Below are positions 25,857-40,979 of a stretch of 64,000 bases of DNA, piece by piece; the stretch's first letter is position 1; every line of letters starts with the position of its first letter. This DNA is from Azolla caroliniana. Its lineage: Eukaryota > Plantae > Polypodiophyta. The stretch is taken from NCBI GenBank assembly GCA_043228905.1, contig JBHGNT010000022.1:1922001-1986000 (forward strand). Reading direction: 5' to 3'. Both the position numbers and the translations under genes were made by a program. The notes under the pieces were generated by a model. The model was not told the origin of the DNA and ran no database searches. It was given only the letters and a program-made list of their open reading frames with translations.

Positions 25857-28614
25857 ATGGATTTGCGATCAGCTGACCATACCTGCATCGCTCCTCGCCC
25901 TCAGATCCGACGCGCTCTCATGACCTATAAAGAGAAAGAGAAAGCGAAGGCAAAGCGAAGAGATGAAACCCAAGATGATGATGATGATGATGGCGAGGAG
26001 GAAGAAGAAGAAGAAGAAGAGGAAGAGGAAGAGGAAGATGTAGCAGAGATTCCTCCTGCCAACGTTCTGAGTGCATCTATTCATTCCTCTGCAGATGCCT
26101 TTGTCAAGGGAGGTTTGCAAGATGCCTGTGAAGATTCTTGCGCCATCTGCCTGGAGCCTTTCTCGGAGGACGATCCTTCTACGGTAAATTCAACCTTCTG
26201 TACATATGTGTATGTATACATACATATACATGTATATGTGTTATCTATAAACCTGTGTGTATGTATTTATTTGCCTGTTTTTATGTGTGCATGCATGTAT
26301 CTTCTTTGGTTGTATTTGTCGATTTGTATGTGTGTATGTATGTTAGTTTGTGTTCACCTTCTGTACATATATGTATGTATACATACATATACATGTATAT
26401 GTGTTATCTATATACCTGTGTGTATGTATTTATTTGCCTGTTTTTATGTGTGCATGCATGTATCTTCTTTGGTTGTATTTGTCGATTCGTATGTGTGTAT
26501 GTATGTTAGTTTTATAATTTTATGCCAAATCTCTCTCTTTGTATGTAGGTATGTTTGTATGTGTTTCACGTGCATATGTGCATATGCGATGTATGCATGG
26601 CAGTATATACGTCTTTACACTTCATGATTTTGTAACCCTAGCTTTGATCTGTACAGATTACCACTTGTAAGCACGATTACCATCTTCAATGCATCTTGGA
26701 ATGGTAAGAAACCCTTTTTATCCACCTCTCTCTGGTTTTTTCCCATTTCATCTCCCCCAAAATCTATTGTATTCGTTACAGTTGCGATGTTAAATATCTG
26801 AATGGAATTTTCATCTGATCAGGGCTCAGAGGAGCAAAGAATGTCCTATGTGTTTGCAACCCCTTCATTTTGAGGACCTAAACAGGTAATATCAGAATTG
26901 GCATGATGATTTGACATAAAAAATCATGTCTTCTTTTATTCCCTGATTACAGAAACAATATGCTGCAATGGCAGAACACAAGCATCTAACTGCCAATGTG
27001 GATTGTTTTCCTCACCCTCAGCCAAGAACTTCTGGATGCAGTGGAGCATGAGCGGAGCGTGAGAACCTCACTAGAAGAGGGGATTCATTTTCAAGTAAGT
27101 TTTTTTTTTCTTCTCATTATTGTTGCGATTGATGTTGTTTGATTTTGTTATTCTTGTTAATGTTCATGTTTATGCGTTGATTTTTATTTTTTGGCTATGC
27201 TTATTGCTGTTATTTTAGCTGTGTTATTGCTGTTGTTATTTCTGTGATTATATTTCTATTTATTGCTATTGTTTTGTTATTGTTCTCGTTTTCATAGTTA
27301 AATACTTGTTGAAATGGGTCAGAGAGTTGGCTTAATGGTTCAGGCCCTAGCCTCAATGTTGGAAATTCACCTCCCACCCCCACCATCACACTTGGTTGTC
27401 TCAAATGGAAATTAAACATTAACAGAAAACAATTGTAGTGTAATGTTGTTAGTAAACATGCAATTTAACTAAGGGAGGTTGTAATCCAATAGGTTCCTTC
27501 GTTTGTTAACTATGCCGATTTTGAGGAGCGAATCATGCAACATTTAGCACACCAATTAGCAAGGAGAGGTTCACTTCACAACCGGATATCGAACATCCGG
27601 CATGATGTGTTCATTCGTGAACAAGCTTCTCGATCGGCTATGGGAGAAACAGAAGAAATGCAATCATCACCTTCATTTTCCACCCATGTAGCATCCCATG
27701 TGGGACGCAATAGAGGACATAATACAGTGCAAAGGTAAATATGTATTCTATTGTTTATGGGATATATGTAATGCTTTTACAAGTGTCAAAGGGTATATAA
27801 ATTGCAAAATGGAATTTCCTTCAGTGTCTATAATGAATTTATTCTTTTGACACCAGACACGAGACCGTTTCTGACATTTCGGAAGAAGGCCAACCGAGAG
27901 CATTGGAATTTTCCTCTCTCTCAGGATCATTGAAGTCCCGGTTCCTCGTTGCCTCATCAAAGTACATAAGAGAAGAATAATTAAACTGAGATATTTGTTT
28001 CTGTAAATATATATAATGTAATGAAGGGGTAAACATTATATATAGCTACCCCAATTTTTTGGCTACTGGTAATACACTTAAAGTTTTAAAGTTTGTCTCA
28101 ATACTCTGATGTAGTACACATTGTACTACTAGAGGGTTATTCGTGGAAATCTTGAAACTTTTGGGGTATTCTTTTAGATATCCAAAAACCTAGTGGTGCA
28201 CTAGTTTCGGTTTATAGCAAATTTATATGATTGCTTTTAACATGGAGATTATAAATAGATATAGATAAATAGGTAGATATATATTCATTTTCCTCATTTT
28301 GTAATTATCTTTATAGATGCAAAGAAACACTTACAAAAACAACTCGCAACTTTCGGGAGAGGTGGCAAGGAAGAAATTCTGCTACATCTGGAATGGAAGA
28401 TCATTCACTGGGATCGAGTCCAGATCATGTGGTAAGGCACACTCTCTCACAGGTTTCTCCTGAATCACTTTTAAAGGGAAATGATATTCCAACCACTTCA
28501 TCATCTTCTGATGTCGAAGAAAGAAATAGAGAATTCCCTCCCCGACGATATGAGAGTGTGGAAAATAGAGTAAACAATGGTGTGCCATTTGACCCACCAA
28601 GTGAAGCAGTGTAG
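25857..28614 (+). CDS. RING-H2 E3 ubiquitin ligase, RHF1A/RHF2A-like; exons 25857-26183, 26657-26703, 26823-26885, 27022-27094, 27493-27734, 28317-28614
   Basis: spliced C3H2C3 RING CAICLEPFSEDDPSTITTCKHDYHLQCILEWAQRSKECPMC; family motifs FEERIMQHLA and RCKETLTKTTRNFRER; GT-AG introns keep the frame; start codon uncertain (25857 or 25920). Confidence 0.88.
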
Positions 28615-31600
28615 ATAAGAAAGGTTTCACATGGCTAATAGGTAAAAGATATTGCTTCTTTGAACACAACTATGATTGTACATGCATTTATATGGGATCC
28701 TATTGGACCTATCCAAAATCAACAGATTTGTGTTTCACATTAGTAAAGCATTTGTATCAATGTGGGGAAAGTCAAAATGACAGAAGGAAAGGCTGCAAGA
28801 AATAATTTGAAAAAGTTTCCTTCAGGTATGTGCAATTGGTACCTATTTCAAAGCTACGGTTTGAAGTTGAATATTTATTTGTATTTGAGTGATGAATCTT
28901 GTACTAAATAATATTATCAGGTTTAAACCAACGTTGGGTTTCTTCTGTTCATGAAAACCTAGTGAAGAACTATGATTTGAGATGAGTAAATGTTGACTGA
29001 TTCTACTACTTAAATGTTAATGAAGTTAATTGACAAGTAAATAAGGAAAGATTCATAAAAGACGAATCCAAAGTGACGATCAAATGCAATTTGCGATATA
29101 CTGAAGATGTGTACACTGAACTAAAAAGGGGGACTTGATTTCTATATACATGGTAACTCTCTTCATCTTTTCTATATTTGTTGTGATATTAATTCCGAGT
29201 AATTTATTGGATGTCATGGAACCTTTGATACAATGAAGACAAAATGAGGGCTTGAATCATGAACTAATGGAAGAGAGAGACCAGGTGCATGTAGGCTCAA
29301 TTAGTAAGGTTGTTTGAGTGTGATTGGGAAGGTTTATCCAATAGGCCCTCTAGAGGCTCATCTAATAAAGTTTGCGACAATTGTGACTGAACCTAGGTGT
29401 CTGTTGATTAACAAAGAAATGGTTTGTGAAGTGGGTCATCTTGTAAGTTAGTGGCAATCTTGACTGAACCTAGGTATGTGTCTGGAGATTGAACTATTTG
29501 AATATTTTTCGAGTTGCATAAGATATAGAACTATATTGCATAAGAAACCTAGTTGCATTTTGTTACTGTTACATCGAACTACATTGAACCAGTTGAGTTT
29601 AGCCTCATTAAAGGCTGCCTGGTCATTTAAGTAACTATAGCCTGTAATTACTTTTAAGGCAAACTTATATAACTGAGTATCTTGGATCTTATTCTTCTCG
29701 TTAAGGAGATCCTTGTTACCACTGTCTTGAAATGCATAAAGTCTGTGGCAGCATTTTCTTCTCCAACAATTATGAACTTCTTGCTCTTAGCATGGGAGGC
29801 TATGTAGTGAGTACCTACTTGAGATGATTCTTCATTCATAGATTGCATGGATTTGCTTCAAACAGATATGACTGAAGACTGCCATTTGTAGTAAACAACA
29901 CTCTTCTCCTTCTCTTGTAACTTTTTGATATGAGATTGGGAGTACAACTTTTCTTTCAGTTCTTTTGATTGCAGCTTTGTACCATAGTAATTTTCTTTTG
30001 TGGGTGTTCACCCCGTCTTGAGGTTTCTCATCAGCAATATAAAGAAAAGTCACTGGAAAATAGATATTAGATTGCGAGAATGCTGTCTGTTTACTTGAGA
30101 TTTGTTACACCTTCATGTCTTCAGATGTCCGCTCATCTTGAGCTGTGCTTGTCTCATACCTGCTTGTTATAGAATTTATTCAATTTGTTCTGTAATTGTG
30201 TTCATGAAATCTTCATCTATTTGAAACCAAATGCAAGGGATTGAAAACTTGAACAAGGGTACGCCACGTGCAAGTTTGTGACTTGTATTATCCATGCATG
30301 CTAAAGACATAGCTGCAAAGTTTGACGGTCATAGACACTCTTGTGCTTCATGCTAAGAATTGATAGGTTATAGCCATTCTCTATGGTAATCTAACATTGC
30401 TGAAAGAGTGAAAATAATTGTGAAGAGAGAAGCAAGCTGAACAGGACAGTTCAGCCCCATCAGGGAGGAAAACATTATCTTTGGTGGTTCATAACCTCTA
30501 GTATGTGTAACAATGGGTTGACATGAGATGATAGCTTAATCCTATAACATGTGTGCAACTCCTAGAATGACTAGCAATATTATCCTTGAAACCATCGAGA
30601 TAAGGTTAATCTCTTTATGTACTATCATGCACCCCTGTTTGGTGAGGCCATTCTCAAATTTATTCTTGCAAATTGTGATTTGTGAAGATTCTTTTGACAT
30701 CTAATTTACACAGTTTAAATATAATGCCATTTGTGTGGCTCAGGCTCCACTACATTGAAGAGGTGTACATGTTAGTGGAGCTTGTTCCGATGTGGACGTA
30801 TACCCAAGGGTGTTGATTATTTGCTGCTTAGATATTGGAACTTTATCTTCATCCTCATTGCCTTCCTACCTAAAATGAGATATGAATGGATTCGAAAACA
30901 CATGTCATTGGTAGAAACCTGGTTAAGAAAATACATTTCAGAAAATCGCATCAAATTAGTGGCTTCAATATGGGGTGGCAATATTCTTAAGCTCACTTAG
31001 AAAGAGTTTGAAAGAGTTTAAAAATGCTTTTTTATGAAGTTCAAGACAAGCTACGAGTGCCGAATGTGCTCCTATTGCTTGATATCATGTCACTTCACAT
31101 TAAAATCATCGCAAAGGAAAGAGTTATTGAGTACATAACTTCACATTCGACCTTGATCTCAATGAAGATAGTGTTAGCTTAAGATATTGTGTAGTGAAAA
31201 GGACAACATAAAAGGTGCATATGATGTCTTAGAATCTTACATATTGGGATCTCCTTGAATGATACCATTTGTAAGTAAGGTTTCCAACAATGAAAACTAC
31301 CAAACTTGACCCTTGAGCACAATATAAAACTTATGTCTTTTCTTCTTCTTTTGTATATAAAATTGTGTTAGTTGTGAAAGAAATATAACTATAGATAGCT
31401 TGAAGGCATTCAATCTTCAGATCTCGATCAAGACAATGCTAACTTAAGAAATTGTGTAGTGAAAAGACCAATGCATAAGGTGAATATGATGCCTTAGAAT
31501 CTCACATATTTGGATCTCCTACTACCAAAGTAACCTATCTTTCAATGTCCAAATTTGTTGTCTTGAAAGGAAGACATGAGTGTTAATGACCACACTCGGC

Positions 31601-34600
31601 CATAATATTATGTTCCCCATTCTCTTTTAACCTATTTTACCATCCTCTCATGCTTGGAAAGGGACAAATGATAGATGAATTGGTTTTTATTTTGGGAAGG
31701 TATATATTTCCTACGAATGTCAATCAACCTCAAGTGAAGGTTTCAAGGAAATTTGCAATTGAGAATTGTTAAGTTTGAAAATCCTATTCTTAGACCAAAT
31801 AAGGCTATAATTTCTTGGAACCAAATCTCGTTCTAGTCATTAGAAAGCCATTATTCTTCTTTATGTGGCCAAAATCGCATCCTTCTCAAGGTTGAAATCT
31901 CTCTCTCTCTCCTCATATTTAAAAAATCTTGACCAACAATCTCACTTTCACTACATTCTTCTCAGTTGCATTATCCTTAGCGCTCAAGCTCTCAACAACT
32001 ATCTTCATGTTTGACTTCATCCCCACTCACCCAAATTTAAACTAGCTACAAAGGCTTCATCAAAGTTGATGAATAGATATATGAGATATGACGTATTTTT
32101 GAAACTAGAAAGTAGGCCAATACAAGGGGGTTTTGGCAATTTCTCAAACAACTATAAGAACAAGTATTAACCTATTGGAAAGAGTAGGGTGATTGCTATG
32201 TTCTAAGTAAGCTAAGCTATATGAAGAACTAGTCTTAAATACTTTGTAATGAGACAAGGCTCTAGATTGTTGATGAAAATCAATCAAACATTTCAAACAC
32301 AAGTGAACCTTGGGCCACCAACTTTGAAGCTCATGTCTCAACTAACGAATAATCATCGACGATACAAATTAAAAACAATAAGGTCATTTAAAAGTCAAAC
32401 TAACAATGTCATAGTCTGTAACAACTTTGCATGTGTGTTCACCAAGTAGGTAGTTTGTTACCTACTTGTGATTGTAGAGTATCCATTAGTTCCTCAAGCT
32501 AGCTTTAAATCAATCAAACTTGGAACTTACGTATGCGTATTCATTTGTTCATCTTTTCATTTTGGGTCAAACATGCAATAATATCAAAATCTCCAATCAT
32601 TGTCTAGGTTTCTTGATTCTATCTACCACTTACTTTTATCAATTCAATTTTTCTGTGAATTATAGAAGGTCCACGCCCAAATCATCAAATAAGATAAGAA
32701 ACTTTACACTCAAGGTGGGGATATAGACTTTCACAATTGTTTTTAGTTCAGTCTTATATGTCAATGTCGAGTGGACGACAAATCTCAATAATGTAAGATA
32801 CATAAAAATTATAAATCCTAGTTAGCATTTATTGTTGTTGTGATAGAAGTAATTCTTTGATGAAACCCACAAGTCATTAGGAAAACGAAATGGGCAAAGA
32901 ATGAAAAAATAAGCATAAGATTCTTTGTTGGCCCACATTTCAATAGTTTTAGTGAAAAATTCAATTTATCCTTGCAAAGCAATCGTGGGTACCAACAACA
33001 TTAGCATATGGCATTCCAACTCTCAACATATGCTCAATTCATGTGGGTGGGGTTGGTTCCATAATAGTTTTATGATATTCTCTTTGCATATGAAGCCATA
33101 ACTAATGTATACATGCATTATAACATATAATGGTATAAATGCATTATTTATTTATTACTATGTATGTATTGTCCTCGTATCTTTTTTGTTATCCCTTGCT
33201 CAAAATATCGTCTCTATCAAAAAATCTTGCCTTGTGATTTGGGGGAGTAGAAGTCTCGTTGGTTATGTTTGTCACATAACTAGATCCATAGATGCTTTAT
33301 AATGATAATAATGACTTAACACATGTCTCTTTCCACATGTAACGGCATGCCTGAACATAGTGAAATTAGTCATACACTCATAGTGAGAGTATTCATGAAA
33401 CAAATCAAGCATCAAGGGTGTGCATTTTTGTTGTTGCTTCATGTTTATTTTTCAAGGTCCCTCATTACCAATTGAATACAAATGATAACCAATGTAAGGG
33501 CAAGTAACCATACTCATCACCCTCAATCGAAGGACGAAATATGAACTTAAAATACCATTGGTGTCTCATACCACCAAATATTACCTTGGATGTTGAGATG
33601 AATGGAGTCGAAAGAAGAGAGGTTTGCTTCACCAATAAAGTCTTGAAAATGTCTCAAGATGTCATAATTCTTTATTTAGTTGCGTAGACCACCATGTGTC
33701 ATAGGTTCTTTTGGGTTTGTCCAAAGTCCTAGGATACTTGTTTCCCACTTATGCTACCCTTGAACCATTAAAATTAGCTTTGGAATTGGTCCTTAGGGTT
33801 ACACTATAACACTTGTAGTAATCTCTAGAAAAGGATGAAGACAAATAGAAGAGTTGTTGGAAAGTTACACATAACTACAATTAATTATGATGCAATGTTA
33901 TTGTGTTGTTAGTCAATGTAGCAAAATGAATGAGCTTATGGTTGTGAAAACTAGTTTCTTTTTATAAATGCATCCCAACAAAATGTTAATGGAAACAATG
34001 TGCAATGTTTTGGCAAACAAATTTCACAAGTGTTGACTTGTTTTGATGCGTTCTTTACAATACTATACAAAGTTTGACAACAAAGGTTCCCCAAAATTGA
34101 TCTAGCCATTCAAACAACAAAACATTAAGATGTTAGAGACCTCCAATCTAGCCAAGTTGAACCAAACTCACAACTTGGGACCACCATGTGCAAAGCATCA
34201 AGTTGAGCAAAAATGGGTCTATATACAATCTTAAACAATGATACCACTTGACTATGGTTAACATAGTGGGTGATTAAGTGAAAGTATAAGGTTAGCATTG
34301 CCCTTAAGCTAGTAAGCCTATTTATAAAGACAACCTTAATTGAGTGAACTAAGGTTGCATGATGCACTTCAAGACATTATCATATTTCTACATTTGTTGT
34401 CTTATGGCACATGATTTTTTTTCGATAATTTTATCCATTGAGCATAATTACACTTAGTGATTTGCAATATAGTCTCTATTACTTCCATTTGTGTACCTTT
34501 GTTGTTATGTGTAACTTGTGTAGGAGGTTATCCAAAGTGGTTTAACAATGGACTATGATATCTCAAACAATTGTGTGCAAACTTATATAAGCCTTTATAA

Positions 34601-36844
34601 AGTAAAAGTAATGACCTTGATGGCATGCATTTTACAAAAGACTATTTTATGGAGTGGAAGTATGAGGAGGACAATTTGTTTGTAGATAGAGACATTATAG
34701 AAATTGTTTTAATGCCTCAATAAAAAGCTTAAGGTCATAATCTAGCATAATTCTTGAGACAAAGGAAGGCCAAGTGAGGCATTGTTTCTAGAAAAGGCCA
34801 TTGAGTAAAAGGGTAAAGACAAAATATATGTGAATACACCATTTGTCATTCAAGGTATGGCATGCTACTTCTATGCTCAGGGCCACGTGCATTTTGAGGC
34901 CTATTGAAAAACTCTTTGTGGATTTTTCCCTGAATAAAATGTACTCTTGTTCTATTCAACATCTGTAAGTACTACGTAAAGGTGTTTAACAGTGAACACC
35001 CTTATGTTGACCTTACATATTGCAATACATATTGATAAGTGACATTCACGAGGCTCCAAGACACAAAAACCAATATTGATAAGTTGCAAGTGTCTAGGTG
35101 GCTGAACACAAGGGAAATGACATAGTATCATAGGAGTAAGTAAAGTATGTTGCAAATATAGTGAAAATGACATTTAAACTATCGTTGAGAAAATATTTTA
35201 GTTTGAATGCGATTGTGCACACAAATGTAACCCTTTTATGGTGCAAAAGCTCACATGGATTACATATTAATACATGAAGATGGGCAAATTGGGTTATAAA
35301 GAGAACATACCATATGGATATTTCTTCGCTAGTCAAATATGTAAAGCAATGATATAGGATAACCTTTGATACTTTTGATATAAAGTCATAAGTTACATCT
35401 TTTTAAGAGTACTTTCAAGTACTTGGTTATTAGTAAACATTTTAGATAAAGTAGTGAATATGTTGTTAGTTGTGTATGCAGTCTAGTTCGAAGGTTTGTG
35501 GCGACTCTATAAATTCAAATGACATACTTTGGTAGACTCATATTTCCAAATCCATGAGGAAATACTACACAAGACACAAAAACGTTTCATTGCTTTTCTA
35601 CTTCAATTTGTGCCAAAAATATTGTTTCAAAGACCAATACTATTTTGTTTGAGTGTTTATGTAGAAATTTGGTTGTTTGTTGTAATTAATGAAAAACGGC
35701 ATGATGGTCGAAATTCACGATTAAAAACAGTTGAAGTCTAACAAGTTTTTCATTGATATATTATTTGAGATAGATGTTAATGGTTGATTTCCAATGATCA
35801 CACGTTATAGTGTCAATGGGTTTGTTTGAAACCCAAGTCTTGCACATTCCATGCATGTTTGCATGATTAGTGAAAAAAAAAATCAAACTTTGTTGTGTTT
35901 GCAAATGTGCTCGAGGGAACTTACAAAGCACAAACACAACTACAAAGCATAAATTTGTTTCTATAATCAAACAATATCATGTCATTTACTTAGACACAAC
36001 CTTGAGGTTGCAAAGCTCAAGGTTTATTATCATTATAACATACATGTTTCTATATTTGAATGATCAAGTTTAATAACTTAATCTCATAAATCTATAATGA
36101 TTTAGTAGTATGCCACATTTCATTGTAAAGGCGAAAATTTCTTAAAAGGTTATGCCAGTCAAAAACATTTTACATTGCAAGCAATACATAGTTGTAACTT
36201 GTATATGTATACATATCTTCATATGGATCTTCAGTTCTCCTTCATTTTAACTCAAAAGATTCATCTCTTAGCAAGTTGCAGGTAGTTAGTTTATAGATCA
36301 ACATGAACATTTAATTAGAAAATCCCTTGTCAAAGGATCATTGGCAATAGGAACGGTATGGGATTCGTACATAATATTAAGGTTTGAGGAAACCCATGGA
36401 TATATGTCCTAAAAAATATAATTCTTTTGTGTTTGTCCAATTAGAAATTAGTCATTATTTCAAACTCTCATTCACATTGGGAAGAAGAAGAGATGAACTT
36501 TTGTCCATTATTCAACTTCAAATTCCACCATTTGTGCCCAGGGGTCCATTGATAGAAAATAAAACTTGTTTTGATTCAAAAGTATTGATGTAGATGATAG
36601 AGAATAAGCCTTCTCCTAGAACGTGGATGAAAAATCATATGATTAGAGACATCTCCACCCGAAATTAATAGTTAATACAACTCACTTTTTGGTCATGTAG
36701 TGTGAAAGTAACATAACAACCAATTTGTGTTGGGTGGTTATTATAGGCCCAAGGGAAAACAAATTTGTTGATTCCACACAAAGCTTTTGGATATTAGTGG
36801 TTAAGAAAGTTGACCCCAATTTGCCATAAAGACTACAGCATCAG

Positions 36845-37081
36845 AGACTCGTATTCCATTTGCAATTTCAATGTCCATCCCACAATAATATTAACAAAAA
36901 ATAAACTATTCAAAGTTAGTAACACATCCTTAAACAAAATTTGCTTGGACACGTTTTATAGGGAGACTCGTATTCCATTTGCAATTTCAATGTCCATCCC
37001 ACAATAATATTTACAAAAAATAAACTATTCAAAGTTAGTAACACATCCTTAAACAGAATTTGCTTGGACACGTTTTATAGG
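36845..37081. repeat. ~118-bp tandem duplication
   Basis: GAGACTCGTATTCCATTTGCAATTTC at 36845 and 36963. Confidence 0.88.
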
Positions 37082-39141
37082 ATAAATTCATCCATGTTGA
37101 TACTCTAACGATTAGTGTTCACGAATCACCACCTACTATTGACTTCTATCAGTTTCTTTAATGTCAAAAGGAAGTTGATAATGTGACTAATAACTTTACA
37201 TGTAGGCATTAATGATTGACATTTTCTTGTAGTTTAAGGTTCTTGCATATGGATCATTCCTAAATTTGTATCATTCCAATTTTATAGATGTCCCCAAAGA
37301 GCGTGTTTGTTTCTCTCTCTAGTTGTCTTGATCCTTTCGATGGGCTTCAACTTGTCGTAGTGATTGTATTGATCTCACCCGTCCATTAATAATCTAACTA
37401 TCTAGTCATTTCTCTTTATTTGTGTGGCTGTCAATGTGTAAATTCAGACTTATCTTACTATCACTCCCACATGCATTCAAAACATATCACAATGGAGCAA
37501 ATAATGTAGGTGAAAATCATGAATATAAAAGAATGATGATGTGCACACATTTACATCCTCAGGAAACATGCACATGCATAATAGTTGGAGCATTACACCA
37601 CTTTCAAAGAATATGCAACCACCAAATTGTGTTCTCTACATGTTGAAAACAAACTTTTAAGTTCGTTCCTAAAAATATTTCCTTGAAAGGTTTTACGATA
37701 TACACAGTGTTTGTCCAAAACGTCACATTCTACTTTCATAGGGTTTGCCAAACTGTATCTTAAATATTCAACAATCTCCATTGAATAGTATATCTTTGTT
37801 AAATAATGTCTCTCAACACATAATATGGAGTTCAAAGAATAGGGGGGTTGTCTCTTCACATGCTATAATATCTTGTATATATAAACATGAATGAAACATT
37901 GTTGAAAAACATTGTTGTGAGGGCAAATTTGTTAGTTTTTTGTTTCCTAGTGGATGGACAAGAAATATTATGGAATAATTTCAATACCGTTTGATCTGAA
38001 CTAAAGCTACATCTCCGTAGGCGTTCTGAGTCAGTGAGTTGTGTTAGGTGGAGGAAAACCCATACTTATCCTATGTTTTTTTCGTTTAAAGGAAATTTAT
38101 AGTATTTTTTGCACCTCATGTCATTGTGCTAATTGCTACGCATTAACCACAAGTAAGATGACCTTGTGATGCAAGAAACATTACCTTGATTGTTGTTCTC
38201 ATAGATGAAGTCCGAAGATGCAAATCGTTTTGTTTGTGTGTGCAATGCAATGGTATGTAAACAATTAGTTCTATCTAAAAATGGTTTATGTCGAGGTAGT
38301 GTGAAATAACCTCAAGGGGTCACTTCAAATTTGGCAGACATCGTAAGAAACACTTGGTAAACTTGTTTTCGAGACACAAACTACCTTTCTTTTTTGTTTA
38401 CATTAACATCTAGACACAAAGACAACTTTGAGACATTACTTGCTAGACAAAGAGTTCCGAATTCCAAAGAGTGGCCCTGCCACTCAATCGTGTATATTTT
38501 TCGTTTGCCAATCCTAACCCGAACTTTCTGTTTCCGACATCGTGGTAGCATGTCAACAAATCGTATCAACAAAGGATAGATATTCATGCATTCGGTCCCA
38601 AATGTTTCTCTCATCTCTAACATCATAGTGGTGGCGTACAAGCAACTTGTTGGCAAAGTGTGTCCAAAGTTATTTGTTTTAGCATCACATGATTGCTCAT
38701 GCAACTAGTTCGGAGCCGTCAATCGACGATCGCCATAGCGTTTGTAGGTGAATGGACGGATAAAAGATGATTTTGTGGTAGTTGTTGTATTAAATGTGAA
38801 CCCAGAGTCAGAGAGCTACTTGGTATTCATATGATTTATAGGTCATACATTGGATTGACTCCTTACCCATTTGTGTGACAACTAATCATCATAATTTATT
38901 ATTATTATTATTAAATTATTATAGTAATTTAGAGCTGAATAAAGAAAAGAAAAAGAGATTGCATATGCTAGTTAGTTATAATTAGTATGAAAATTGTGAA
39001 GAGAGCTTGAATCTCTCCACATTTAGCTACTATACAAGAAAAACAAACAGACAAAACCTCCAGAGTAGTATATATCAGAGGGAAGGCATTTTTTTTTTCC
39101 TCCTTTATGGGGCCTTTCTTCTTACTCACAAATCCATTTCA

Positions 39142-39250
39142 ATTAGGGTTAGGGTTAGGGTTTATTGGGTTTTCTATTACATTTTCTTTTCTTTGTGGAC
39201 CTTTCTTCTTCTCACAAATCTAGTCAATTAGGGTTAGGGTTATTGGGTTT
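39142..39250. promoter_or_regulatory. Telobox / short (TTAGGG)n motifs upstream of the CASP-like gene
   Basis: TTAGGGTTAGGGTTAGGGTTT at ~39143 and TTAGGGTTAGGGTT at ~39228; function inferred only. Confidence 0.35.
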
Positions 39251-39463
39251 TCCTATTAGATTTGTTGTCTCCCCTCCTCCACCCACAACCACCTTTTTGA
39301 TCAAATTCTTTCTTTATAGTGAAAGGGAGGCCTTTCTTAATTAAATTATAATGTTATCACCTTACACACAGCCATAGTGAATCTTGTCAAGAGATTCCAT
39401 CTCATATAATTGTATTTTTACATTATCTCCTTTCTCCCTCTTCTCCTCTTTCTGTGCCCTAAC

Positions 39464-40979
39464 ATGGGTTCTGCTTCAATTAGCAACCTTGGGGGGGGCA
39501 CTCCGGGCGGCACCACCACGAACGAGCGTGAGGAGCACCGGGATGCTGCCACCGCTTCGGATCTTGGGAAAATAGTCCCGGCTTCGCCTCCCGGCCCCTC
39601 TACAAAGGCATCTTCCACATCCTTGCAAATCGGGATCCCGCCCGCCTCCCCCTCCGCTGCCTCGGGAAAGAGTACCGCCAAAGCGTTGTACGTAGGCGAC
39701 GATTATAATGCCTACGGGATCGGGATGGGGCTAGGCCGCGCCCGGATGGCCGACATGTCATTACGGTCCGCCACCGTGGCCTTCTTGGCCGTGTCGCTCG
39801 GTGCTATGCTCACCAGCACCCAGCACTCGCTCGTGCATGTCATCGGCCTCTCGTTCGCCATCTCGATGAAATGGGACCGAACCCTACCCTTCCGGTGAGT
39901 GATTGCGGGGCTTCCGGAACTTTCCGGGTTTCGATCTTCTTCCCCATATGTGGCTTCCGGAACTTTCCGGGTTTCCATCTTCTTCCCCATATGTGGCTTC
40001 CGGAACTTTCCGGATTTTGATCTTCTTCCCCATGTGTGGCTTCCGGAACTTTCCGGGTTCCGATCCTCTTCCCCATGTGTGTCCGCCACTCTTTTTTTGC
40101 ATGAAATTTTTTCCCCAACAGATTTTTCTCTCACATAACAAGCAATTCTCCCTCCTCCTAATCCTTCCATTTAAAAAAAAGCTCCCCTAGCGATGGAAAA
40201 TTCACCTTTTTGTGTTTGTTTTTTGCCCTTCCAAATTTAGGTATCTTGTAGTGGTGGATGTGCTCATCGGTGCGTATGCGTTTCTCCAATTCGTATACCA
40301 ATCGATCATGTTCGCCAAGAAATCCCGGCCGAATCGGAGACACATGTGGGCGCAACTAGTGGCCGACCAGGTGATATTCCTTGTCCAAATCCCGGACTAG
40401 ACAGACTTCTCGACGAGAAGCACACACTAAAAAGTCATATAATCTATATATAACCTAGGTGGAAGATTCCGAGATATTTCTCGCAAATTCAGGCGAAAGT
40501 TTTGAATGATCTCTCAAGACTCTAGTCTATATGTACACTTGTGGATGGTTCCGGATATAATCCTCGCAAAGTCATAGGAAAGTTTTTAATGATCTCTCGG
40601 CGCAATACTAGACTTTAGTTCTTTTAAGATTCGTAGGCTTCCTTGTATGGATCGAGTTAAATTACCCCCAAGCAAACACGTTTAGGGCTTAGGGCGCGAT
40701 GATTTTTCAAATCGACATATTACCATTTTTATGCCTTTTTTGTAGGTTTGTGTATATCTAGTTCTAGCTGGGGCGGCAGGCGCAGCTGGTGCGGCACGTA
40801 TGAACAAGGCTGGCTTCCATAGTCTCGGGCTCGAGAACTTGAACATTCCGACTGTTTGTAGCGTGCTTGACAAGTTTTGTGGCCGAGCGACCATCGCCAT
40901 AATCTTTACGTTCCTTGCTGCCTTCACTATGAGTGTATGTACAGCCCTGGACTTGTACGTGCTAGCATTGACATATTAA
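39464..40979 (+). CDS. CASP-like (CASPL/MARVEL-type) four-TM membrane protein; exons 39464-39894, 40241-40370, 40746-40979
   Basis: LRSATVAFLAVSLGAM (TM1), FRYLVVVDVLIGAYAFLQ, ADQVCVYLVLAGAAGAAG, C...DKFC; typical three-exon CASPL layout with GT-AG junctions. Confidence 0.9.
39908..40080. repeat. 43-bp minisatellite x4 in CASPL intron 1
   Basis: GGCTTCCGGAACTTTCCGG at 39909, 39952, 39995 and 40038. Confidence 0.9.

Noticed and set aside
26184-26627. C-terminal part of the 310-aa ORF
   Set aside because: Read-through into intron 1, which holds a ~164-bp duplication; the RING domain continues at 26657
29300-39000. Short ORFs in AT-rich intergenic DNA
   Set aside because: No recognisable motifs or consistent exon structure; probably decayed repeats
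39142-39162. Interstitial telomere
   Set aside because: Only about three units; telobox scale
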